DNA of 64,000 nt from Anthoceros angustus (lineage: Eukaryota; Plantae; Anthocerotophyta). This document shows, piece after piece, positions 51,903 to 64,000 of this stretch. The translations under genes and the position numbers were made by a program. The DNA lies in the NCBI GenBank assembly GCA_010909165.1, contig VJWM01000272.1, positions 88,094-152,093 of the forward strand. The letters run 5' to 3'. Position 1 is the stretch's first letter, and each line of letters starts with the position of its first letter. The notes beneath the pieces are model-generated. The model did not search any database, was not told the DNA's origin, and saw only the letters and a list, made by a program, of their open reading frames with translations.

Positions 51903-52889
51903 TGTCAATGACCATAAATGAGCTTTGGGGAATGGGAAGGATAGGTGGTGTAGGTTGGAAACATTAAAGAGTGGCCATAGGTGAAGTTGCTAAAATAGAA
52001 TTTACCTAGGATCAGAGAGTAGACTTAGATGCCAGGCCTTAAATGTGGTAGGAAATAATAGAATATTGGAAAAGGTGACTGCAGAGAGTCACCAAGGGAG
52101 GTTGTAGGGAAGGCCTCCTATAAGAGGAGGAGGATTTCACAAAGTAAAGTATCACGCCTTGCGCCCACCCTCATCGAGTCCTTTGCCATTACAGAGAATT
52201 TTGTCGGTGTGAGCCAACACATGACGTCTGGTAGAGAGGAAGTCGCGGTGGTGAGTGTTTGGTGGAGGACTTGCTCACCGCAAACGAGTTGCTCCCCTTG
52301 TGAATGGTTGCTGAAATTGCTTTGCTTTGGGTGTGTGGCAATGCCTGTGAACTCGGCTTGAGGGTAGACTGGGAAAGACTCCCGAGGTTCTCGCCGTGTC
52401 AAACTCATAGCAACTGCCCAAGGAAGAACTTGTTGGTGGAGGCCGACCCAGCGGAGCGAAGGGAGTCAGCCAAGAAGCCCGAATCGAGGTTAGAATAGGA
52501 GGAAGAGGATGAGAAGATGAGTAGAGGATTAGAGGTGTAGGTGTTAGTGGAAGGCCACAGGCAGAGCCTAAGGGACGAATCCCAAATCTGCAAGTAAAAG
52601 AGCGCTCCCCGAGTGGAGAAGAGTGGTCTTAGAAGTAGGGACGAATCGCGGTGTGGATCGGGGGTCCCCTGGGCGCCGTGATAGGCTCCCGAGGCCGGGA
52701 CCGCAATTGTTTTGTGTCGTAGTAGGTTGAGGATTGGCGATTGAGCAAGGTGCAAGTGGTGCACGAAGAGGGAGAGTAGAGGCGCCTTGTTTAGAAGGTG
52801 AGAAGTGTGTCACCAAGGTAGCGACGGCATCACAAGACCTCGAACTTTCACACAAGTCTCATGGGACGAAACCCAACGACGAAGCGACA
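51903..52889. mobile_element. Possible LTR-like segment of a degenerate retroelement
   Basis: TGTC...GACA ends and a TATAAGAGG box (~52119). No TSD, no partner LTR and no gag/pol seen. Confidence 0.15.
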
Positions 52890-55779
52890 ATGTGTGGCCG
52901 CTTATAGTGGGAGGACCCTGAGTGCCCGGTTTTCCTACCACACCATGCCGCCGCTCCCCTCCCGATTTGGGCATCCGTAATATAAGATCTTGGCTTCAAA
53001 TTCTCAAGCTTTACTCAAGACTGCCTCCCGAACAACTTTCTTTGCAAGGTAGTCCCTGATTATTGTCAATGGGTGCGATTCGGATGGCATCTTCAAGTCT
53101 TTCCTCATCTCGTCCGCACATGGATGCTATGTTCTCCTGTGGGCTTCACTCACTGCTTCCTTCCCGGATTTCTTCTTTCTTCCCCTGTGTGGAGCCTCGC
53201 TATGTGAGCGATCGTATGCCCCTGCGGGCGTGCCCACCATGCCTTGCCTCCCACTCGAGTCCCCGCTCCATACTTCCTGATCGGACACAGGAGGTGCCTC
53301 AATAGAACTGACTCGCCCGCCCACCGCCACCCACCGCCTCTTCCGCAACAATTGCAAGGGCAACCAGACCCCGGCCTACCGCGGCCCCAACCTTCAGTGC
53401 CTTGGGAACCCTGTAAACTGGCTAGTCCGTGAACCAGTCTCCAAAGACTTATTGCAGAGGGCGCGCCGCCGCCTCACCTCCTCCTCGCAGACATACCACC
53501 GGGTACCTCCATGGAGGAGCCAGGAAAAGGAATGTCCAAAGAACGAGCATCCTTCCATCCTCTCGCCTCGAAAGTCGCCATCGTCGGTGGCTAAGGACGC
53601 CGTATACACCCATCCTCCTCATCGATGGGCCGAGCTCACTAGCGCACCGGCCGGCGTGAGCCCATCATGCACATTCTCGTCAAGCCGGGCTCACTCGCAG
53701 AACATTTCCTCCTATGCCGGATGACGGATTCGGTAATCTTCCCGCATATGGTCGTAATTAGTGCTCTAGCTTCCGAGCATCCCGCAAAATGTAAAAGGAT
53801 TGAAACGCAAGATAGAAGGCACAAGTCATGGAAACCAACATACAACGATTTGCATCAACCGCCTTGAAAACCTTATTCCAAATTTTTACACGACGATAGC
53901 ATTTCAAATCCTCCACCAGTTTGAAGGATCGCACTTCTTTGAAGCCATGTAGGCTGACCTCATAAGCCTTGTACATGGTTTCATCTTCGCTTATCCGATC
54001 AAATACCAAAGGCTTTGTTGTGCACAAAGATCTCAACATGTGCTCGCCCATCCATATCCATACGCCCATAGAACCCAACCCCTTGGTTTGGCAAGGCCCC
54101 TTGAACCCTACGACCCACGCAATAGAGGAGTCCAAAATTGTTCTCCTCAAGGCTCCTCATCCCGTGTCAACATCCCTTCTCGAGCGTAGCTGGCCTCCAC
54201 CTTGCTCCCCAACCGACGATGGCAACAGATATCCTCATAGTTAAATGGCGTTGGAATAGGCGCTGCATTGCTGTGGGGTCTCTTCCTCCTCGCAGCCTTC
54301 TCCTTCTAGCCGGGCCTTCCTGATGTTAGGCTGCCCGATTTCCCATGCCCAATTGACAAATTACCGGTTGCTTGATGGCCTGGGTTGTATCTCGCGCCTC
54401 CACCGGAGGTAGGCTGCTTCTCCGACATCCACACCAAATCCTCTTTGCCGGGATTTCTTGGTTTTGGGCATCGATGTTCCGCCTGTTCTCCACGTTCCTT
54501 CCTACTGCCTTCCGCCCATCCTCAAGAGATTAGATACAATACGCCATAGCCGCAATTCAAAGAAGGAATCGCCGCACAACTTGAAGGAAATTTGCAAGGG
54601 GAGGGCCATACCAAGACTATGTGAATCGGCGAAGAGGAAATGGCGGAGGATCGCAGCGTGGAGAAGTCGGTCTGGGAGAGCCAAAAGTCCTTCACGAGAG
54701 TTTGTCCGAGGCGCCGCCACCGCTCCGGGCCGGAAGAACTTGCTCGCCTCTCTCGTGGTTACTCCACCAATCGAAAGTATGACGCCTGCTCGGTCACGCC
54801 ATACATGTGCAACCCTAACCATAAATGTTAATTAAGGAAATGCTTACATGGAAAACCATTTATAGGACCCTAAGTCAAAAGCCGTATATGTGAACCCCAA
54901 TGCCGAAAACAATGAAGAGGCGGTGTGCCAGCCAAGTTCTACCGTGAAGATCTTTCGGTTTATTTGCTCATAATGGCATTTCCACCTTACCTTCACCCAC
55001 GCCGCCATGTCATACCACGCCCGTGAAGAGTGAGGACCATATAGGTTAGAGGTGCGGAGTCCTCGCCGCGACAATGTTGCGCGCCACACACAGGTTGTCG
55101 AAGAGGTCGAGTTTTCGTCCACAAAGTTCATTCCTCACTTCGCTTTGTGCGATCAAGGGGAACATGTACTTGAGAACAAGTGTTGGTTTGCATGTCCTCT
55201 CGCCTCGCTCACCCATGTAATGACGACATTGATGTTGTCGCAGCAGAACAGTGTGAGGAAGAGGGGTCTTTGATTTCAGATGGTGGTGACTCTCTTGTGA
55301 GGAGCCGAAGGATGGTATCAATGGGCCCGCGCCTTCCGATCATGAGCAACGAAAACGAGTCCGAACTCCGTTGTTAGTTTGCCTTCAACAACAAATTTTG
55401 TTGCGGTGAAGACAATGTTGTGGCCGAATAGTCCACCCCATCCGTGGCGGATTCCATCTCATGCCGTGAATCGACAAGCCGCCCTCTCCATTCCGCGTGG
55501 GGTGCCCATGTGAACTTGAACTTATATGCGCCATTGATGGGAATCCGCATCCAGCGAAGACACGGAAGGAAGGGAGATGGGGTGCGTAATCCCGCCGTCG
55601 TGGTTTGTTCCGCCAAGGAGCGATGAGGATGACCGCAGGATCGAGTTCTTCCCACAAGCAAATGATCCGTGGATCGAGGATGGGGATGATGACTTTGTTC
55701 ACCCTCCTCCGGTGGTCCGGAACATTCCATCCCAAGCCTTTAAGTGAGACATTGATGACAACAAAGCTTTCATGGACAA

Positions 55780-58200
55780 GCGCGACGGCAGGCGGAGGGG
55801 TGTCTTTGCAAAAATGTGAATGGAGAAGGTGACGGACTTTCTTAAACCGTGTTGCAACCAAATGTGCATGCAGAGGTTGACCAAGCAAGGCCTTCGAGCA
55901 ACGATATAGGTTCCTCACAATGTGCAAGAGCAAGAGACATTTCTTCAAAGCCTCGTACATCGGGACCCGAGTCAAACTAACAAAGAAAGAGTTTTACGCA
56001 TGTTATGGGATCGGTTCCTCTACATTGAAGGCCTTCAAGAGTATATTGTATGGGGCAACAGATACGAGGAATCGAAAGGGAGGGTCATGAGGAATGCCCT
56101 GGGATAGTGTTCGAACCAACCCAATTCATAAGTCCCGTCATGCACTTGGTGCTCTAGCGTGGATGGATAATGCTTTTCGCTCATGGTGAAAGACTTCAAC
56201 GTGTGTGTATAACCCGCGACACCTATACAAAGGAGATATGGTCATTGTACAAACGCGTCAAAGCTCGTCCGCAGCCGACGTGGTTTTGAAGTTATGGAAA
56301 TCTAACTTCAGAGTGAAGATTCCCAAATCCAACAGGTTCTCGACCTGCTCAATATGTGCAGGGTTGAAGACCACCATTCGAATACAACTCAGAAGGTTGA
56401 TCAAGGTAGATATCACTCTCCACTAGTACAACCCATCACGGTGGGGAGGAGTTTTTCGTTCATCCCATAGTTCGCCGAATGAGCACCGGTATGCGGATGG
56501 TTCGAAAACTCAGTGGGTGAGGGCCGGCCGCCACCCCCGGATGATCGACAGATCAAGTTGCCCGAGTACCATGTTTGAAACTCAGTCCTTGTTCATGGAT
56601 GGCCCCGGTTGTAGGTTTGATTGGTCGAGTTTGTAGTTCCGGGCGCCACCGCCCGCTGGCCCCATCCACCTTCAAACTCGCCAACCATAATATATGACCT
56701 AGAAGGTGGACGCTTTGTAGATTTTAGATTGGGGAAGATGGTAAATGTATGTGTGAAGAGGTGATAGTCCACGACATCGGTTTGTTGTATGCAATGGGTT
56801 TCATGGATTCTCTTCGCTTGTGGTGTGGAAGAAGCGTGTTTGTATGTGTGAAATTGGGAACGTGAAAACTTGGAAGGATGTGACACTTGGAACGTGTTTT
56901 GGGGCGTAAAAAAATATCAGCCGCTTAGAGGCACACCGCGCAGGAGGAGCGGGAAAAATGGCAAAACACCGTGAAAAGAGTTACAGTGGAACCGGATAAG
57001 TACATGCTCCTCGCTATAGACTAATGGACCAAGAAGACCGAGATTCCACACTTCGCGTTGGCCAAAGAATCTTGATGAGGACCGCCGTATCTGCACGTAG
57101 TGGGTTGCATGATCCACAATTATACGTGACGCAGCAAGAGAGTGTTTTTGCACTATGCCAATTTGAGGAACGGCGAATCGACAATCGTGGATTATTCAAG
57201 ATGTTATTCTTAATTATAAAGGAGTGCTACCCAAAGTGCTCTATTTGCAGCTTGACAACACTTGCCGGAAAACAAGAACCAGCTGTTGTTTGCGATTTGA
57301 ACATGCTAGTTGATATGGGAACTTTTCAAGGTGAAGGTTGGGTTCCTCCTTGTTGGGCACACTCACACCAAATCGACACACCATGTTGTTCTTTTCCAAA
57401 AGCTTGAAGCACAAGGAGGCACACACTCTTCCCGCACATAATCGTTCATGCATACACGCCTACACCGGAGATCAAAGTTTTGCAGGAGGTCCTGACTTCC
57501 ATATATGGCCGATTAGACAAGGCGATGGTCGCCAGCATATTCATCTGAGAAAATTGAACAACTTATCTTTCCAAAGACTTTAAAATCACCAGAAGACAAA
57601 CCGCACTGGTGATGAATTAGGAGCAAGCAATATTCGACATCGATGTATTGGGAAACCGGCCGGGTTGGAGTTTTTGAAATTTGTCCCTCCAACGACATAA
57701 CAACACACGCGGCCCTCCGGCTCGAGACAAGAAAGGGACGCCGGTGGTTATCTCCGACTCAAGGAGTGGCACATTTGAGAGCTGGTCCGCCCATAGGGCC
57801 ATATGGATATGGAAGCATTGGTGGACCAAGAAGAAATCGCAATAATCGTGGAGAACAACATTGGGCTCGCACTAGAAGTGCCGTGGAAATGGTTCTCTGC
57901 AGAAAAGCAAGAACCACTCCAAGTTCTGAAGCTATCCTAGAGGAGGCGTTAAGAGAACTCCCCAACGGATATGTACTTGGGGCCTTACCGACTTGGGGCA
58001 GCAGAAATGGCACGCTTGCATGGAGATGTAAAAGACATAAAGGAAGGATGTTCATCGCAGATTTGTACCGATACGCATAATCGGCCTTCCGGATTGGGAA
58101 AGTTAATCGTGAGGTTGGATGTGGAAGAGCCTCATTTCCGTTCATCGTACAGATCGAGCACACGATGCATATGAAGGCGGATCGTGGAAGAATATGTGAT
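55780..58200 (+). pseudogene. Sola-like DDD transposase family 2, diverged from family 1, degenerate
   Basis: KPCCNQMC (~55850), QEQETFLQSL (55922), FRVKIPKSNRFSTCSIC (~56310), DKYMLLAID.MDQ.KT (~57000), YLQLDNTCR.NKN (~57245) and FLLVGHTH (~57345). The motif order matches 7895-10256, but no obvious DNA identity was seen. Confidence 0.72.
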
Positions 58201-61200
58201 TCCGCACCTTCCACCGAGGGATTGGAAGGAAAAAGGGTGGGAAGGCAAATTTCAAGAATGTTCAAGAAGTCTTCATCAATAAAACCGCTATCTTGTATTA
58301 TGGGTTCGGTTTGAATTCCGTAAACATCTCTATTCCATTGACAAAAAGCGATCGTGATAAGTTGAATGAATTGCGGGCTTCATCGAGCACCACCAAAGTG
58401 CACCAAGATGAGGCGACGAGGACATCGGGCCCTTGGACATGGAAGGTGTCAATTCGGGAGATGAGTGAAAAGATGTATGAAGTGGAGGCAAACATCGGGA
58501 CATCGGTAGACAAGAGGGTTTACTCGACCGTCAAGTGGCCGACCGCCAAGTGTTAGGCTCAAAGTGGGAGCTCGCGTTATAGGGAATCACCGTTGGTGCT
58601 ATCATTCGGTGATCGGAAGTTGAAGAAGTTGGAGTCACCGGCCGTAGGTTGCGAGCATGGGGACGGGGCCGGCTACCGCCATTTTTCACCATCCTTAGTA
58701 GCATGGAAACCGCTTTCCACTCCGTATTGTACATTTTGTTCAAATATAACCCATCCGTGACGCATGCCTAAATCCTAAATCGTGGAAACCGATGGCGCCG
58801 CACCCGCCCGAGCGCCCTTGCCAAAACAAAAGACTATGGGTTCCGGACGGACGGTTCGGAAAGAAGCACCATTCTTTACCAATGATGACTGTGAAGATTG
58901 CCTCGCAATGTCTTCAAAAGACCTTGTTTATTTAGATGCCTCATCAACCCCTGCCTTTTAGTCCTTCCGGTACTTATGGTAAGCAAGCATGGGTCGAATA
59001 TGCCAAATTGGCGAACTACGCCCCTAACCCTTTGTGTGATGGAGACACTGCCCCGGACGTCAATTTCATCCCTTATCGACCCTTATTTTCGGCCTTCGAC
59101 CGATGTTGCCCAAAGCAGCAGAATGCGACCCATCCCAAACCCCCTTCCGACGATATTTGGATGAAAACCCCCTTACTGTATATTAACCCCCTTCCAAGAT
59201 TAGCACGTTGGCTGTACCTGCTGCAGGATCAAAATCCAGCGGCAGAGAAGCTGCTGAAACTTCTACACAGCCATCCCCGCAAGTAGTGCAAGCTATGCAG
59301 AAAGAAGAACCTTTTGTTGGGAGTAGTTATCCTAACCATGGTGTGGAAGGAGGCAGACGAAGAGGTTTGGCAATGATTGTGAGTATGGAAGTGGATGACC
59401 GGAGGAGGTAGATGAGGCGACTTGAAGCTCTTTTGAGACTTTGGCATTTGATACTAATATATTAGTGGACGGTTACGAGAGTGAAACCACGATTTAGGAG
59501 TTGCTACACCCTACCTTAGCTAAGGATGATTGTTTCGTGTTGCATCAATGCTCATGGGGGATTGAAGAAGATGGCAAATACATTCTCATAAATGGAGCGG
59601 AGAAGCTATATGTTGATGATGACATCTTGAAGCCCATCTCTCGAATCCACATGGAGAGACAAGCCCAAGTTTTGATCAATGCTTGTCGGCAATCGTAGCC
59701 TTATCACAAGCGAGAAGGCTAAGGACTCTAAGTTGAGAGTAGCCAAATGGTGAGCAAGAGAGCCGAGAAGTCCGATTCTCGATTCGTGGAAGGATTGTCT
59801 CATCTTCTTCTCGACCGTCATGGACAAATCCTTTAGAGATGTTGAGAAAGGCACAAACTTTATCAGCCTTTGATGAAAGCCATCATTCTCAAGAAGGATG
59901 ATGATGTGTACAGATTTTAACAGTGATTGCCGAGGTCACGGAGATAGAAGTCAAGCTCCCAAGTGAAGGGAAGCCGCCCGAGAAGAGATCCCAAAGTGTC
60001 CCGAGTACTCCACACTCACAAAAAGCTTTGCTGGTCTTTACCATAAGTTCACTCACTTGGCCAATGGAATTCGGTGGCCATGTTCCTTCATCCGTAACAT
60101 CGTAGTAGAATCATCGCTCCCAACAAGACATTGTTGGTGAAGCAAATTGCTTCTAATGCGGTCTCATTTGTCCTTTTCTCGCTCATTTCTCTGGCTCGTG
60201 ATACAATTTGGAGGAGAAACGACCTTCCGTGGATGAACCTCAGGTGAGAGCTCATGGACTTTAGGGAGGAAAGAACAAGGGAGTTATGGAGTCAGAGCTA
60301 TACTCTTTGGTTTCAAGAAGCAAGTCCAGATGTAAGCATTCTCTGATCGAATGACTTCTAGTCCTTTTGCATATTAGATGTGTGTTCCATCTTCTTGAGT
60401 GCCCAGCCGGGACAGATGTCCTCACTCAAATCGCTTGAGGCTTGCCTTTCTTTCATGATGAGAAAACACAAAGCGCGATGACTCACTGGGTGGTGCCAAA
60501 CCCTCATCTCAGTTAGGGCTATGACATTTTATGTTGAAACTGGATTAGGTTACTTTTCATGCATCACCGACAAGACAAACATGTATGTTTGTGTTGTCCT
60601 TCCGCTTGTGCCGGTGACAACATAATGTCTCAAGCGTTGCTCTAGGACTTTGAACAGTGTTCCGCTTACTGAAGAAATGGCGAGGTCCAGATGGGAACTT
60701 GCTTTGAAAAGCTTCTCATTGGATGACACTTACTTGTACCTAGAATCATTTGTGCCGGAATTTTAGAACTGTTGTCACATTTTGATCGAGGTTGAACACC
60801 GAGATCAATCACCAAGGAGCAGCGAAACTTGATGCGATGCTAGCGTGTTCCGAGAGCAAGCTGAAGCTATGCACAATTTGTACGATGATTGTGGCTAACT
60901 CAGCAACACCAATGGTAGAAGCACCCTAGCGCAATGCTTCTACTAGCCTTCATGGGCAGCGTATATGACTATATAATCGCCATGTCTATCCATGACAATC
61001 TTTGTTTCTATTTATGTTTATCCTCCTATATTGCTATGATTATTTGCAAGGTACAATTCTCAATTAGAGTATAGAGTACTTTACTAGGACTTACAACAAA
61101 AATATATATTTAATTTTAAATATCTAGAATGACAACAAAGAAGCCTTTTATAGTCCACTTGAATTTCCTTAACAACTTGTATCATGGTGCACACCTCAAG

Positions 61201-62029
61201 AAAACGTGCTCAACAAAACAGAACCCTGGAACATGGAGGAACGCCAATCACGCTCGTGTTTGAGTCACGGATCTGAGTACTAAGACATGAGTCAAGTCTC
61301 CGGGTACTAAGACATGAGTCACATCTTTGAGTACGAAAACAATACTAATAGCTAAAAATGGACAGACTCTTCTAATGAGGGCCGAATGCAATATATGTAT
61401 AAACGCCAGTGTGTGGAGCATAGTGGTACAAGAAGATGCCAGTAGGTCAAACTCCATACCCGATCATCGGTACATGTACTTGATGAGCAACAACTGAGGC
61501 CCCCAGCAGCACAACATTTGACGGCGAGCATAGACGCATGGGAACAAGTTAGAACTCATCCTGGAAGTCAGCCGTCAGTGTGTCAACCTTCAGGCTCTCA
61601 ACATGGAGTTGATTCTTAGGACTTGTAGAAGTCAGCAGAGCAATGCATGTCTGCAACTACCGGTGGTGAGGAACTGCCGACCTGGCACCTCCTGATGTTG
61701 CAAATCACTGCATGATGCATTCTTTGACAGATGCTATATGCTTGGTTTTGGTTGCAGCGGAGGCATCTGGCAGGCACGATGGCGGGAGAAGTCGCTGGCT
61801 AACTCTCCGCAGTGATGCCGGTTCATGTCAGATAAGGTAAATTGGGCACTTGTGGTGATGATGCTCATGTGTTTGCACTGTTTGGGGCTGGTGTTTTGAT
61901 CACGCCCCAATGCAGGCAGCCCCAAGTTCGTGTAATGGGTACACAGCACAGCAAGGGAGGTAAACCACGTGAAGAGGAACATCTGAGTAAGTAAGGCCGT
62001 TGAGGTCCTGGACCTTCTGGTGCAGCCAG

Positions 62030-63135
62030 GGTGGTATGTACACGCCCGCATCTTTCTTCCATCAGGTCATCAAGAGGTGCATTGCACACAAAGATCTGGG
62101 TGCTGGCAGGGGTGTGCATACCCTGATTGTCAGAAGTGGGTATGTGGGCAGCAGATTCTTGGCTAATCACGTCATCCGTGTATGCTGCCTATGGGGAGGT
62201 TGGAGGATGCGTTGCAGGTTTTGAATGGATTGGCTGCTCCCAATGCTTATTCGTGGTCCTCCAGAGTTGAGGCACATGTTGACAATGGACAGGCCAGGCA
62301 GGCAATCGAGATCTATTTGAGGATGGAACAGTCATCCCTATGTTGGCAGCTAATCATCTGTTTGTGGCAGCATTTAAGGCTTGTGCCAGTGCAGAAGATC
62401 TGACATCAGGCAGACAGGTCCATTCCGATGTCCTGAGTAGTGTGCTTGAGCCTGATGTGTTTGTTGGGAGCTGCCTGGTGGAAATGTATGCAAGATGTGG
62501 GAGGTTGGATGATGCTCGCACAATCTTTGACAAGTTGGACTCGAGAAACGTGGTCACATGGAATACGGTGCTTGGAGGGTATGCTCAGGGTGGGCGTGGG
62601 CAAGAAGCCCTTGCGCTCTATGCAAGTATGCAAGAGGAGGAATCCACCTGCCTGACCATGTCACGTTTTGTGCCTCCTCAAAGCATGTGCTAGCAGTGGA
62701 ACACGACACCAGGAAGGCAGCTTCATTCACAAATACAGGAAGCAGGTGTCGGATCTGAGGTGATGGTGGGGAGCTGCCTCATAGATATGTATGCAAGATG
62801 TGGAAGCTTGGATGATGCCCGGACTGCCTTTGACAACATGACCAGAAGAAATGTGGTGACCTGGAACGTGATGCTCGCAAGATATGCTGATGGTGGGCTA
62901 GGTGAAGAAGCCCTGTCTCTTTATGCAACTATGCAACAGGAGGGCGTTACTTCAGCAGATCACGTAACTTTGTGTGCCTTCTGAAAGCATGTAAAAGCAT
63001 CAGGGCATTGGAGCAGGGAAGGCAGCTACATGACCAGGTTCAGGAGATGGGCTGCAAGTTGACGTGGTCATTTCGAGCTGCCTGGTGGACATGAATGCAA
63101 AGTGTGGGAGCTGAGAGGATGCCCGCAGGGTGTGA
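62030..63135 (+). pseudogene. PLS-class PPR gene fragment or pseudogene
   Basis: HQVIKRCIAHKDLGAGRGVHTLIV, DVFVGSCLVEMYARCGRLDDAR.IFDKL..RNVVTWN and MVGSCLIDMYARCGSLDDAR, across several frameshifts. Breaks off near 63135 with no E domain. Confidence 0.85.
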
Positions 63136-64000
63136 CTGCCATTGCTTCTGGGAAGCTACGTGCATCCACGACTTGCTCCAAAGACAGCTCACCTTGGGAG
63201 CATCACGTGGCAGAGGAATATACCTGTTCTACAAAGCAGTCTTAGTGAGATGAAAGAGCATCGCTTGACGGGGTCAAGAGGAACGTGCCTCATGTTCTGA
63301 AGTTCTGGAGCCCAGCAGACAGTGTACGGATTGGGGCTGGACATCTCTCCTTTGGACTGCAGAGGGAAGGAGGCGAGGTGGATACGGGCCCAGAAGAGTC
63401 CTTAACGCGTTGTCCCGTCGAACTGTTGGTGAACGTTAAGAGTAGTTAATCGTAAAAAGTGTAACCGTGCTTGAGTCCGAAAGCGGTCCGCAGCGTTGAG
63501 GTGAGAATCGGTTGACTTAACCGGAGCCTATCATTCTCTTGGAGCGGACCCCTTACTACAACGACACGGATTATGTAAGCGGCTTCGGTTTGTCGGTAGT
63601 CGCGCTTTTCAAACCCGGATCCCGCTCATTACAGACTTTGTTTTCGGCAACGGTATCCCAAGTTACAAAACTTTTGAGCCGCTAAATATTTATTTTATTA
63701 AAGCACCTATGAGGAGGCCATGGGAGGGCGCCTGGCCGGTGGCGCCCTTGGGTAGGCAGGCATGTTAGGGGTGGGGGCGCCACCGGCCGCCCGGTGCCAA
63801 GGCCGGGGTGTGCTAGGGGAGTGCGGTCGGCGGCCCATGGGTAGGGCATAGGGGGAGGCGCCGGTGGCCGGCACCTAGCTCCACCACGCATGCATCGACG
63901 CGTGGTGCTGGGAGGCGCCGGTTGTGCGGACGCCTCCAGCACCATCCCACGGTGCATGCGGGTGAAGCTAGGGGAGAGGGGAGACAAGAAGGAAAGCGGG

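Noticed and set aside
51903-52889. Solo LTR call
   Set aside because: TG...CA ends are present, but the flanks (AGAAT vs ATGTG) give no TSD and there is no convincing PBS or gag-pol. Kept only as a very low-confidence feature.
61275-61325. Duplicated 18-mer GTACTAAGACATGAGTCA
   Set aside because: Only two copies and no associated structure.
63380-64000. Possible RNA gene or TE end at the window edge
   Set aside because: No tRNA/rRNA/snRNA signature recognised, and there is too little context to assign.

Overview
Eukaryotic nuclear DNA, most likely from a non-seed land plant with an expanded PLS-class PPR family (hornwort- or lycophyte-like; this is inference). Host genes sit at both ends. 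At the left are a PLS-E+ PPR gene, an intact intronless hydroxy(phenyl)pyruvate/glyoxylate reductase and the 3' end of a lipoxygenase. At the right is a degenerate PPR gene. The ~57 kb in between is mostly transposon-derived. It contains a Sola-like DDD transposase pseudogene and, just downstream of it, a complete ~19.1 kb CACTA/EnSpm element (10524-29596) with CCCTA-starting 27/28-bp TIRs and an ACT target-site duplication. A ~17 kb inverted copy (32336-49492) of that element plus its Sola-like flank follows a 2.7 kb spacer, and one of its breakpoints sits at the CACTA terminus. A second, diverged Sola-like transposase lies near 55.8-58.2 kb. Five tandem duplications of 0.5-1.7 kb lie between 3.4 and 27.7 kb, four of them with clear short junction microhomologies. 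The three inside the CACTA element are absent from the inverted copy. Frameshifts at homopolymers and scattered small indels between the arms suggest an imperfectly polished long-read consensus, so some duplications could be assembly artefacts. All coordinates and alignments were done by eye.
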